Part shown: piece by piece, positions 22,688-34,511 of the stretch
Layout: each line of letters begins with the position of its first letter
How positions within the stretch are numbered: the first letter of the stretch is position 1
Assembly: GCF_001194135.2 (NCBI RefSeq)
Contig: NC_068983.1
Location: 153,612,710 to 153,654,019, forward strand
From: Octopus bimaculoides
Taxonomy: Eukaryota
Length of the DNA stretch: 41,310 nucleotides
Direction: 5' to 3'
Notes under the pieces: generated by a model
Database searches by the model: none
Told to the model about the DNA's origin: nothing
The model's input: the letters and a program-made list of their open reading frames with translations, nothing else
Program-made: the position numbers and the translations under genes

Positions 22688-24150
22688 NNNNNNNNNNNNN
22701 NNNNNNNNNNNNNNNNNNNNNNNNNNNNNNNNNNNNNNNNNNNNNNNNNNNNNNNNNNNNNNNNNNNNNNNNNNNNNNNNNNNNNNNNNNNNNNNNNNNN
22801 NNNNNNNNNNNNNNNNNNNNNNNNNNNNNNNNNNNNNNNNNNNNNNNNNNNNNNNNNNNNNNNNNNNNNNNNNNNNNNNNNNNNNNNNNNNNNNNNNNNN
22901 NNNNNNNNNNNNNNNNNNNNNNNNNNNNNNNNNNNNNNNNNNNNNNNNNNNNNNNNNNNNNNNNNNNNNNNNNNNNNNNNNNNNNNNNNNNNNNNNNNNN
23001 NNNNNNNNNNNNNNNNNNNNNNNNNNNNNNNNNNNNNNNNNNNNNNNNNNNNNNNNNNNNNNNNNNNNNNNNNNNNNNNNNNNNNNNNNNNNNNNNNNNN
23101 NNNNNNNNNNNNNNNNNNNNNNNNNNNNNNNNNNNNNNNNNNNNNNNNNNNNNNNNNNNNNNNNNNNNNNNNNNNNNNNNNNNNNNNNNNNNNNNNNNNN
23201 NNNNNNNNNNNNNNNNNNNNNNNNNNNNNNNNNNNNNNNNNNNNNNNNNNNNNNNNNNNNNNNNNNNNNNNNNNNNNNNNNNNNNNNNNNNNNNNNNNNC
23301 CTCAGTATTCTATAAAGTAAACATAACATCCTTTTATTGCAAGAGCACTATTGTTTTCTCTGTTCGGAAATATAAATTGTCATCCTTAGAATATTTAAAA
23401 GGTTTGATATCTACAATTTTCTATGAAAATCTTACCCTTCTTTTCTTTCGTTTCCTTTTTCTCTGGATATTCGAGAATGTAGGCACCTCTTTTATTGCAA
23501 GAACACTAGAGATTTTCCTTGCCGAACATACAGACGATCACCTTTAGAAAATTTGAAACTTTAATAATTACAATTTTACCCGTCTTTTCTCCCTGACTGC
23601 TAGAATATGTAAACATTCCTTATATTGCAACAAATTAAACGCACGATGAAAATTAAGGAGATAAGTACCTGCCAATATATACAAACTACACAACTACGAA
23701 AACTGTAAACCACAGAAAAACCTATAAAAAGAATAGGAAAATTTAAATAATTTTAAAAATCCAAAACTCAAAAGTTTAACGATGTAAACGTCAATATATT
23801 CTATTATTTTTCTATCAGTAATTAAAAACAGAACAAGGTGAATTGACTCATTCCAAGGACCAGGTCAGCACTCTCATTGGTCGCTCGTAGTAAACACATT
23901 TGACATCTGCTGTCCGCAAGGATGTGACGCTTCTTTTGTCCCCTGATCGCACAAGGATGTGAAGCCATATTTTTGATCTCCTTCTCACCATCTGCCGAAC
24001 TATTTACAGACCTGTGGGATTTGGTCTATTCACCAAACTGCTTCTCTTTCTACTATCTACTCTAATCCTCTCATACTGACAAAAGTCAAAACTAAACAAC
24101 ATTGAATATTAGCACACAGTAGTTGCAGCAAAATAGCATCCCAGCCGGTT

Positions 24151-24297
24151 ACGACACCAATGATTGTAGGAGCACTTGAAATTATCAATAAAGGAACTAA
24201 AAATTATTTGAGAATGATCTCTGCATTATCATCCATGCAGGAAGTGCAAAAGATTGTATTAACTGATACGTCACACGTATTGAGAAGAGAATTGTAG
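24151..24297 (+). mobile_element. C-terminal fragment of an RLE-type (R4/Dong-like) non-LTR retrotransposon
   Basis: TTPMIVGALEIINKGTKNYLRMISALSSMQEVQKIVLTDTSHVLRREL* fits the (I/V)PVIVGALG...EIQK.VL.GTA.ILR pattern that ends R4/Dong ORFs. Confidence 0.7.
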
Positions 24298-25119
24298 CTG
24301 GGAATTTTTCTTTAGTGTTTTGCTCTTTATTTTCTTTCTTTACTTTTCTATTTTCTATTTTTTTCTTTTTCTCTGTCATCCGTCCACTTTTTCTATCACA
24401 TAACTTTCTAAATGAACAATCTCGTGTGATTATTTTAATGGCCTACAAATGTAAACAGTGTGTTTCTCTGTCCTAGGAGTCAGGAAGGCACTCAGCAAGA
24501 AAAGGAAACAGAATAGAAATAAGATAATATGTATATATGTGCGTGTGTATGCAATCTTAAACGCTATATATATTTGTATATACACTTACTTCACTATTAA
24601 TTATTCCACTTCATATATTCCGATATATTCCACTATTGCATTTTATATTTAACTTACAAAGAAGAATCACGTATTCATCTTTAACATATTTACTTACTAC
24701 ACCGCATGGATGTATTTCTTGCTTTAAGCACAACAAAATATGAATATACCTTGAATTTACAGAATGAAAATTCAAATGACCGAGGTGTGTTGGTACCGCC
24801 TAATGTCTACGCAAGTAATATAGTCCTTCAAGGTCTTTCCCACGAAATGTGAATAATAATGCTTATTATGTGTATTTATGTCTTTTACACGGAATGTGAT
24901 AACTATTTTGTAAACACGCCACTTTTGAATAAACGAAAACTGTTGCCCTTTGAAAAACATTAGAAAATGTATACAGCCTGCTTGTAAGCTTATGGATCCA
25001 TGTATAAATATGTATAAATGTTGCCAGTTTTGAATACAGAAGCATGTTCAGCGCTTGTGACATTAGAGCAACAACAGAAAAAGCAGTAAGAACAGCAAAG
25101 ACAACAAGAAGAACGACAT

Positions 25120-25149
25120 CAACATAATAATAATAACAACAACAACAAC

Positions 25150-25213
<64 letters not shown>

Positions 25214-25215
25214 GT
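25120..25215. repeat. (AAT)n/(AAC)n microsatellite forming the SINE tail
   Basis: Contiguous with the 3' end of the minus-strand SINE. Confidence 0.9.
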
Positions 25216-25432
25216 AACAATAATGGTTTGAAATTTTTGCACAAAGCCTGTAAGTTCGGAGGGAAGGGTAAGTCGATTGCATCGACCCCATTGTCCAACT
25301 AAAACTTATTTAATTGATCCCGAAAGGATGGAAGGCAAAAATCGACCTCGGCGGAATTTGAACTCAGAACGTAAAAATAGTCGAAATACCGCAATGCATA
25401 TTCCCGATGTGCTGAATTCCAGATCGCCGCCT
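25216..25432 (-). mobile_element. Near full-length tRNA-derived SINE (family B)
   Basis: Minus strand starts aaggcggcga, has B-box gagttcaaattcc, central tttgccttccatcctttcgggatc...ggggtcgatgcaatcgactt and an (ATT)n tail. Confidence 0.88.
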
Positions 25433-25765
25433 TAATTATAATAAAAATGTTAATACTCAGTTTTACAGAATTTTAATACTAATCATATCAAAATATAGAT
25501 GAAAATTGTATAAAAGTATAATAAATTGAAATTTTTATTTAGCTTAATTATTCAACTACCCACTTTTACTTTTTTATTATTTTTTGCCAGTCTTTCTCTT
25601 GATGACATATATGATGCTGATTTATTATAAGTAACCATACAAAGAATACCATACCTCTCAATAGATGTGGAAAAAACGGAAGAAATTACTCTTATTTATT
25701 AATGAGATTTTATAGATATTCGAATATTTCTCGTCGAGTATGTATCACATCACACGCCACCATCT

Positions 25766-25819
25766 TTGTGTTTGTATTTTTTGTGTTTGTATTTTTTGTG
25801 TTTGTATTTTTTGCGTTTG
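25766..25819. repeat. 15-bp tandem repeat (TTGTGTTTGTATTTT) x ~3.6
   Basis: Direct reading. Confidence 0.9.
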
Positions 25820-26472
25820 CCTAATAGAAGTGATATCGTTTTCCTTTATTTTCCTCTCTATATACAGTATAGTTTTGCTTTGATTTTTCCAAAATGTTAT
25901 TTCATATAATGAAACTAAAAGGAAAATTCACGTTTCATCACACCAAATATTTCCTGTAAAAAAAAAAAATGTATCTCTGCTTTTCTTTTGTAGTTCAATC
26001 CTATCTCATTTCCTCCTGATATGTATTTCTTTTAATATATTTCATACCTTCAGAAATATAGAAAACTATTGTTATATGTGATGACCAATATCATCATTGC
26101 ACAGATCGATAGAGTACAAGTAACACAGTCATATATATGTACATTCAATATCGGTACTGCGGGTCTGTCCACCTAGGAATATTACTTCTCATAGAAACAT
26201 TCGGTCGATGATTCATTCTTTCTAATATTGGCACTTGATGGCTCAACGCTTAATATATATTAGTAAGCATTTAAACATTATTCATATAAAGTCTCTCTCT
26301 NNNNNNNNNNNNNNNNNNNNNNNNNNNNNNNNNNNNNNNNNNNNNNNNNNNNNNNNNNNNNNNNNNNNNNNNNNNNNNNNNNNNNNNNNNNNNNNNNNNN
26401 NNNNNNNNNNNNNNNNNNNNNNNNNNNNNNNNNNNNNNNNNNNNNNNNNNNNNNNNNNNNNNNNNNNNNNNN

Positions 26473-26503
<31 letters not shown>

Positions 26504-29369
26504 TGGGTAATAAGCTTATAGCGTGCTTTCCCAATATTCTCTTCGGGTATCGGGTATTAAACAATACGTCATATTTTCACTGGATATGCAAGTCGAAGTT
26601 TGGAAGAATCCGTACAGTTTATAAAAAAATCAAACAACCAACGATGGAATAAACAAGCTTCATTACAAATCACTACAAATGTTTCAGCACATCAGAGTAC
26701 GCTGGTGAGATATATATCATCCCTCTCCCGAATAATAACAACCACCAGTTACTTCTCATTAAGTTTTTTTCTGATTCATTTACAAACTTCCATACAAGCA
26801 GCGAACTTGCAAAACTTTCAACAATTTCATTTTCATACTCAGCGAACCCGGTCGACTTCCATAATATTATAGTCTTTAAAATATATAAAAAAATATAAAC
26901 TGTGTGCATTTTCTTTGTTTCATTATATAATTTTTCAAGCTCCCACATGGGGAAATCTCTTCGACGAAAATCTTTTTACTATATATATATATATATATAT
27001 NNNNNNNNNNNNNNNNNNNNNNNNNNNNNNNNNNNNNNNNNNNNNNNNNNNNNNNNNNNNNNNNNNNNNNNNNNNNNNNNNNNNNNNNNNNNNNNNNNNN
27101 NNNNNNNNNNNNNNNNNNNNNNNNNNNNNNNNNNNNNNNNNNNNNNNNNNNNNNNNNNNNNNNNNNNNNNNNNNNNNNNNNNNNNNNNNNNNNNNNNNNN
27201 NNNNNNNNNNNNNNNNNNNNNNNNNNNNNNNNNNNNNNNNNNNNNNNNNNNNNNNNNNNNNNNNNNNNNNNNNNNNNNNNNNNNNNNNNNNNNNNNNNNN
27301 NNNNNNNNNNNNNNNNNNNNNNNNNNNNNNNNNNNNNNNNNNNNNNNNNNNNNNNNNNNNNNNNNNNNNNNNNNNNNNNNNNNNNNNNNNNNNNNNNNNN
27401 NNNNNNNNNNNNNNNNNNNNNNNNNNNNNNNNNNNNNNNNNNNNATATATACATATATATATACATACATACATATATATATATATATACAAATAGATAG
27501 ATAGGTTGATAGATATAGACATAGATATATATACAGTTGTTTCAAATTTCAGTCTATATTCAACTATTTATAGTTCGATTATATTGAAGAACTGATGTTG
27601 AACATTTCTTCATGTTAGAAAATAATTACGATGATCCATATTAAATCGTTATACAAGAGTCATAATTTGTTATGTTAAGAATAAAGCAACAGTTATGTTT
27701 CTGCGTTTTTTTCACAATTTCAGCAGAGTGAGAAAGAGAGAAAGAAAGGTCGAGAGAGAAAAAATTTGCTCTACGTCATATCTCAAGATGCTACACCATA
27801 TTATTCTGAAAAAAAACAAAACAAAAGAAAAAACAAAAAAAAATCAAATGAAGTGATATGAAATGAAGCAAATCTGATGGTCATGTCTTTAATGTACTTC
27901 ATAATATTTGCTTTATCCTGATATATCCAGTCAAGAAACAAAAAGCTAGGTTGTTGAATTTGACTAGATAAGATCTCAGCATACGTAATAATTGTATATA
28001 ATTTTAGAGTGGAGTAACGAATTCAAAATTGGGGTATTGAGAAGGGATAAAAACCATTCCTGCATATGCAATTATACTTGAATAATTGTTTTGAGAGATT
28101 AGCGAATAAGTCTCATATATCTTTCCTATGCTATTCATCCAAATATATCTAACATATCTATACTAATCCATTGATATAGTATGTCAGTTGATCGAATAAA
28201 TGTTAGATTGATTCTAAGGTTACAATACGATTAGGTTTCTACTGTTACTCTATAATGTGATAAAATACATGTTGAAACTATACTATAAATTCCAAAAAAA
28301 ATTTCGGATCATGGTTTCATAACACAATATAAAACACAGCATACAAATCAATGCGCAGAAAACGTGATCGGTTAACTACATTTTCAAATATATATTCGCT
28401 TTGTATATTGAATTTTTAGTTGAAATCTAGATGATATCACATCTCACCGATATAAATAATGTATATCAATGTGCTGAATTTTATATTTACGAGATACTAG
28501 CATTTAACTTCACATGCATTGTTAAATTGCATTAAAGTTGCTGTCACATTATTGTAAATATGCAGTATTTTCTATAACGTATATATTACAGTATAACCTT
28601 ATTGATAAACTATGGTTACTCATCAGAATTATTGTTATATAACACTATATCACCCGCTGCGAATATCTAATATTACATTACGAAAGAAACCAGATGTGTA
28701 CATTTATTTAAAAGTTAACACACAGAATTTATGACCGCATCACAACTTTACATCTAAGAGATACAATAATTGGTAATAACGAAATGTAAAAACATACAGG
28801 ATTTGCCTTCATACTGTGAAGAAAAATGGCGAATTTGCTTACGCAAATCTTTGCAGAAGATTCCAGCCAATTATAAATTTATATAAATGATGTTATTTCA
28901 ATGCACATTTCGTTTTTCTTTTGGCAAATACACATATCTCTCAAAATATTTCTATTTCATGTCGACTAATTTTAATCATATTATCCCAATCAATCTTGAA
29001 ATTTTAGAATTTGTTTCACGCACGAACATACATAACAGCCACAGAAACCCACACACACACGTCCGCGTGCGCAAACACGTACGCTATCACAATCACACAC
29101 ACAAACACATAAAAAGAGAAAGAAAACGNNNNNNNNNNNNNNNNNNNNNNNNNNNNNNNNNNNNNNNNNNNNNNNNNNNNNNNNNNNNNNNNNNNNNNNN
29201 NNATACTAACAGTGATACCCGTCGTTGATCGGGTAACTACTTTTACTATTTTCTCGGGAGACACATTCAAAGTATTATTATATATATAATTTACTCCTCC
29301 TGTATGTGTGCTTTTATCAGAGAAAATTATGAGATAATTGAAGTAGAAAAAAGGCAAATTTCATGCAAG

Positions 29370-29605
29370 GACCTGTGTTTGTTTATTATATGACAATAAT
29401 AAGTGAGGTGTATGTGTTATTTTATCTATCAATACAGTGATGTCAATTATATAATATTGTTATAAGCGAAAAACATATAATATTTCAAGTAGGGAAAAGA
29501 TCAATTTCATACATGAATTTCTGTTTGTTTATTATATGATAATAATAAGTGATCAGTATGTGTTATTTTATTTGTCAATACAGTAATGGCAATTATATAA
29601 TACAC
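29370..29605. repeat. Two ~85-bp direct repeats in the Helitron B 3' region
   Basis: tgtttgtttattatatga(c/t)aataataagtga...aattatataata at ~29375-29457 and ~29523-29603. Confidence 0.85.
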
Positions 29606-29679
29606 TATATTCAAATAGGTAAGTTATTCATTCTTGAATATAATGAAAGTAATAATAAATTAAGTTATTGAAGTAATCA

Positions 29680-30440
29680 TGTTGTATTAAGAGTGAATAT
29701 TTCTTTATAAACAATTTATTTTGTTTTATTTCGGGGTGCACAAGCAGAAAGATTTGCTTTTCTTCCCAAACATGATGCTCCAACATAAAGTTGGCCATGT
29801 GTAAATCATGGTTGTTCAAGTTGCAACCCAGCAACTTTTAGTGTTTGGCCATGACTTTATGCTCATGGCAAAAGAAATTTGGGATACAAAAACTGTAACC
29901 GCTTAAAATGGAATGAGATATTAGATGGTATAACTGATATGCGAAGAATGAAGATGGTCTTACCTTTACAACAACCAGTGAGAATATTTGCCTCAATGCA
30001 GTTCCTCACAAGTTTATGCGCAATTAATATTTTCTTATTGCATAATTTTGGTTGAGACAAATTATGTAATAGCATAATATGGGTCTATTTTGTTCAGCTG
30101 AAGACCACGGGGAGCTGAACCTAGTGGTTCTGGTGAGTTGAAATATTCGATGGGGTAATTAACAATATCACGAGGACCAATAACCCTGTCAAATAAATTG
30201 TAAGAAAATACTTCTCCCGGAACTTTATTCAATAGCATATTATTAATGCTACCCATATCAACATTTTTTGGAACCAGGATAGGTCGCACACAGATCCAAT
30301 CTATATTGTTGCAATTATGAAGAAGATTAGGAAAGAATTTATCCACCAAATCATCGACGAATTCAGTTGAATTACATATTGGATTGATTGTAATTTAGGC
30401 AATAACATAATAGCTTCCCTTGAAAAAGGTACTCTCAATT
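29680..30440 (-). pseudogene. Helitron PIF1-like helicase C-terminal fragment
   Basis: LVDKFFPNL..DWICVRPILVPKN; VNYPIEYFNSPEPLG; LHNLSQPKLCN; IEANILTGCCKG..FILRI; FKRLQF; FAMSI(N)KSHGQTLKVAGLQLEQP*FTHGQLYVGAS; IVYKE. Confidence 0.9.
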
Positions 30441-31499
30441 TGCCGGAGAAAGAGTCTTAACTAAAATGTTTAGTTAAAATTAACGGAATACAAAACTGGA
30501 ATGCAAGTAACAAATGGAAAATATGCATACTCTTTACTGACAAGGGCTTATTTATAACATCTGGAATTGTTTGGTATATGATGAGAGCATAGCAAGAGAA
30601 TGAATAGAGAAATATTAGTGAACCGTATAACGAATTAATAATTTACTATGCTTAATCGGATAGAACATATCAACCAGCATAGAAAAATTGAAGAGAAATA
30701 AACTTTAAAAGTAATTTCTGAAAGATCAGCAGTTATATTCAATATTGTTCAATATTTAAAATAACCTTTCCGCTGTTGGCTTAATCAGAAATCTTTTTCG
30801 TAAGTACAATGTTGTAAATGTCAGGATGATTTTCAAATATATATATATATATATATATANNNNNNNNNNNNNNNNNNNNNNNNNNNNNNNNNNNNNNNNN
30901 NNNNNNNNNNNNNNNNNNNNNNNNNNNNNNNNNNNNNNNNNNNNNNNNNNNNNNNNNNNNNNNNNNNNNNNNNNNNNNNNNNNNNNNNNNNNNNNNNNNN
31001 NNNNNNNNNNNNNNNNNNNNNNNNNNNNNNNNNNNNNNNNNNNNNNNNNNNNNNNNNNNNNNNNNNNNNNNNNNNNNNNNNNNNNNNNNNNNNNNNNNNN
31101 NNNNNNNNNNNNNNNNNNNNNNNNNNNNNNNNNNNNNNNNNNNNNNNNNNNNNNNNNNNNNNNNNNNNNNNNNNNNNNNNNNNNNNNNNNNNNNNNNNNN
31201 NNNNNNNNNNNNNNNNNNNNNNNNNNNNNNNNNNNNNNNNNNNNNNNNNNNNNNNNNNNNNNNNNNNNNNNNNNNNNNNNNNNNNNNNNNNNNNNNNNNN
31301 NNNNNNNNNNNNNNNNNNNNNNNNNNNNNNNNNNNNNNNNNNNNNNNATTTACATATATATGTATATATAAACGAATAAAAAAAAAACGAAAAGAGAAAA
31401 AAAAATATCACTGTATAAACCGCAGTATCGGATGTGGTTACACTCGCTGGTTACAATTAGTTACATCGCATTATATTAGCTTCTGAACTAATCCACCAA

Positions 31500-31699
31500 C
31501 CGGTTAGGCGGGTAGGCCATTATACCTCCTGAACAGAATGCCACTTTATCACTTAGTAGATAACTGAGTGTTCTCGTGCAATTTGAAATGAAATGTTTTG
31601 CTAAAGAAAACATGAAAGGTTTTGCGCAGTCCAGGAATTATTACCTCGATCTTATGATCGTGATTGTGGTACTCTAACCACCAGGCCACACATCTTCAC
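31500..31699 (-). mobile_element. Degenerate tRNA-derived SINE (family C-like)
   Basis: Minus strand starts gtgaagatgtgtggcctggtggttagag (A-box), with a degraded B-box and a body weakly matching 32895-32960. The 3' limit is approximate. Confidence 0.65.
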
Positions 31700-32085
31700 G
31701 CACTCGCATGTATATGTGTGTGTGCTTGTGTGTGTGCGCGCGCGCAGTGTCTGTGCGTGCGTGCGTGCGTTTTTATGTATGTATTTGTATGTGTGTGCCT
31801 TTGTGTAACGTGCTGCAATAAACCATCCTGGCAACGGATCATTCCTGGCTAGTAGCCATCTACGTTCAGGTTGATATAGTTCCCAACTCCCCCTGTAGCG
31901 TTAAATTTTATCCAGCAAGAGGACGCTTTACGCACACTAAATTGGACCATCGCTTTACGCACACTAAATTGCCGAGAATCTTCCGAGCTAAAGAAAGTAG
32001 ACTGAATAAGGTTTTCGGAAGTTTGACTTGAAGATGCACTCAAAAAGTTTTCATCAATTGATTAAAATTATTATTAGCTTTCTCA

Positions 32086-32406
32086 ATGTCATTAGCCGAG
32101 AATTGTGTCAAGTATAGCAATATTTTGGCAAAGCCGCACAATTTCAGTACACAACCGCTCCCAAAGACAGCTAACAACAAGAACAAGAAAAATAGCAACA
32201 ACAACAACAACAACAACAGCAACAACAACAGCAGCAGCAACAGCGACAACAACAACAGCAACGACATCAACAGCAGCAACGACAGCATGAACACCACGGA
32301 CTATTTAACAGGCAAGAACATCGCTATGCAAATTATTCAAAAATATTCGATGAATCCGGAGAAAGAAAACAAAAAACGACGAGATGCTGCAAACAGGTCG
32401 TTGTAG
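32086..32406 (+). other. 106-codon ORF containing an (AAC/AGC)n-encoded poly-Asn/Ser tract
   Basis: Open from ATG to stop with ~35 and ~40 non-repeat codons on either side of the microsatellite (32165-32290); no recognisable domain. Confidence 0.2.
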
Positions 32407-32894
32407 ACAATATTTTTTTGTATTCATTTCGTGTATATAATATATTAAAATTGTTTACAGATTCCAACTTTTAGGCATACTGCGTAAACACGGCCATCGA
32501 GGAAGAGTTCATATGAATACCTCAACGCACCCACCAACATCATTAGCAACAAATTCAAGAATGGCAAATAATTGAAATATACGTGCACCGAACTTCCTTA
32601 AACAGAGCACGCGTACTTGAAACTTGCTACTAATCATTCTGATATTGATTCGTGCAAAATTCTTCAGCTGCAGCAGGTACGAAAAAACAACAAATATTTT
32701 GAGGGTCAAATTGAAGTCTCGCTGCACAAATGGACATGAGAGTATAGCTTTCTGTACTAGATCCATAATTTGCTGGGGAACTCAACCCATAAAAAAAAAT
32801 TACTATGCAAGTAGCGGAGATCGAAGTTCATAACTCAATCTCAGTAAAGTAGCTAAATTAAAATACATTTTTAATATGATAATATAGAAATATT

Positions 32895-33140
32895 TGTCCT
32901 TGTACAAGTCACTTTATTTCACGTTTCTCCAGTCCATTCAGCTGGCAAAAATCAGTAGTACCTGCATTTAAAAATGCCAGTCTTGCCACAATGTATGTCA
33001 AGGTGAGTCTCCCCGGGAGCACTGTTGAGGGTACACGTGTCTGTGGAGTGTCAGCCACGCGCACGTTAATTTCACGAGCATGCTAAGCGTTGATCTGACA
33101 AATGTAACTCTCGTCGTCGTCATCAACAGAATGCCAGAAC
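32895..33140 (+). mobile_element. SINE (family C) central and 3' portion
   Basis: tgtccttgtacaagtcactttatttcacg...cagctggcaaaaat...gggtacacgtgtctgtggagtg...ctcgtcgtcgt matches an octopus SINE body as I recall it. Confidence 0.65.
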
Positions 33141-33239
33141 TATTTTTTGCTTTTGTGTTTTTTTGTGTGCGTGTGTGTGTGTGCGCGCGTGCGTGTGTGT
33201 GTGCGTGTGTGTGTGTGTGTGCGTGTGCGTTGGGCCTGG

Positions 33240-33428
33240 GTGTGTTTGTCTCCCATCAAATTTTCGTGAACCAGAGATGGTTTGTTTACGTGTCCCTAAC
33301 ATTTACGGTTTGGAAAAGTGTGCCGGAGGACCAGTGTTAGGCTTACAAAAATACTGGGTCGATTTCTTCTACTAAAACCTTTCAAAACGCCGCCCCAGAA
33401 TCGACACCACCCAATGACTGAAACAACA
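33240..33428 (+). mobile_element. SINE family A 3' fragment (degenerate)
   Basis: tgtttacgtgtccctaac...aggcttacaaaaa..ctgggtcgattt...aatgactgaaacaa is homologous to 11660-11800; preceded by the (TG)n segment. Confidence 0.75.
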
Positions 33429-33430
33429 AT

Positions 33431-33600
33431 TAATAATATCATGACATTATAATATTATTATAATGTTATAATAATATCATAACATTATAATATTATTATA
33501 ATGTTATAATAATATCATAACATTATTATCTGTTATAATAATGTTATAACAGATATAACATTACTATATCTGTTATAGAATAACATATAATAATGTATAT
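33431..33600. repeat. AT-rich 38-bp tandem repeat with internal palindromes
   Basis: Units 33431-33468 and 33469-33506 plus a partial third. Perfect 12-bp stem at 33480-33491/33495-33506 and 11-bp stem at 33527-33537/33545-33555. Confidence 0.9.
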
Positions 33601-33880
33601 TCTTTTATTCTTTTACTTGCTTCAGTCATTCGACTGCGACCATGCTACAGTACCGCCTTAAAGGGTTTCAGTCAAACAAATCGACTTTAGGATTGTCTTT
33701 TTTTAGCCGAGTAATTATTTCAACGGACTCTTTGCGAAACAGGTAATTTACGGTGACGTACACACACCACCAACGCCGGTTGCCAAACTATGATGGGGCA
33801 CCTAGAGACACTTTTATGGATAATTTATCCTGATCACGCTATTCATTAGCATTATCACGCCTTTGAGAATAAAAAGAAAT

Positions 33881-33915
<35 letters not shown>

Positions 33916-34116
33916 NNNNNNNNNNTTTGTCTACACATTCGTATATATATATATATACGCCTATCATTTTTCAGTTTCCGTCTGCCAAATCCACTCACAA
34001 GGATGTGATCGGCCCGAGGTTATAGTAGAAGACACTTGCTGAAGGTGACACGGACTGAACTCGGAACTATGTGGTTTGGGAAGCACGTGTCTTACCACAC
34101 AGCCACGCCTGCACCT
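33600..34116 (-). mobile_element. Full-length SINE family A with internal microsatellite and small gap
   Basis: Minus strand: aggtgcaggcgtggctgtgtggtaag (A-box), ccgagttcagtcc (B-box), ggatttggcagacggaaactgaaa, internal (TA)/(GA) repeats, 3' end cgaatgactgaagcaagtaaaagaataaaaga. Confidence 0.85.
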
Positions 34117-34467
34117 ATATATGCATTTATTTTTTTTATCAGCATTCGTTAAGCGAATACATTATACACCGCATATTATTTACGCAGCCTACACAATATC
34201 TCACAGAAATTTTCGCTTTTAAATGGAATAGCAGAGCTTATAGACCTTAGAGTAAATATTAGTAACATTTATATATACAACCATTTATCACTTTCCTTCT
34301 ACTTTTTGTGGAAATAAACTGCAAGTCGAAATATGGCAACTCAAAATATAAAACAAAATGAACGCTTCAGTATGTTTAGATACAAAAACCTATTACAATA
34401 CCATTTCTCATTAGTTTTATTCGTATGTGTCTTATATACATACGTATATATATAAGATACAAGTGTA

Positions 34468-34511
<44 letters not shown>

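Larger units (their letters stand above)
29206..30480 (-). mobile_element. Helitron remnant B (helicase C-terminus plus 3' end)
   Basis: 3' hairpin TACCCG-8nt-CGGGTA (29216-29235), then atcactg-TTAG|t on the minus strand; helicase fragments at 29680-30440. Confidence 0.88.

Noticed and set aside
17930-33530. CRISPR-like arrays from the direct repeats (17930-18360, 29370-29605, 31924-31971, 33431-33526)
   Set aside because: Only 2-3 units each, no unique equal-length spacers, no cas genes, and a eukaryotic context.
25330-34116. tRNA genes at the A/B-box sequences
   Set aside because: These are SINE heads followed by SINE bodies and tails; no complete cloverleaf.
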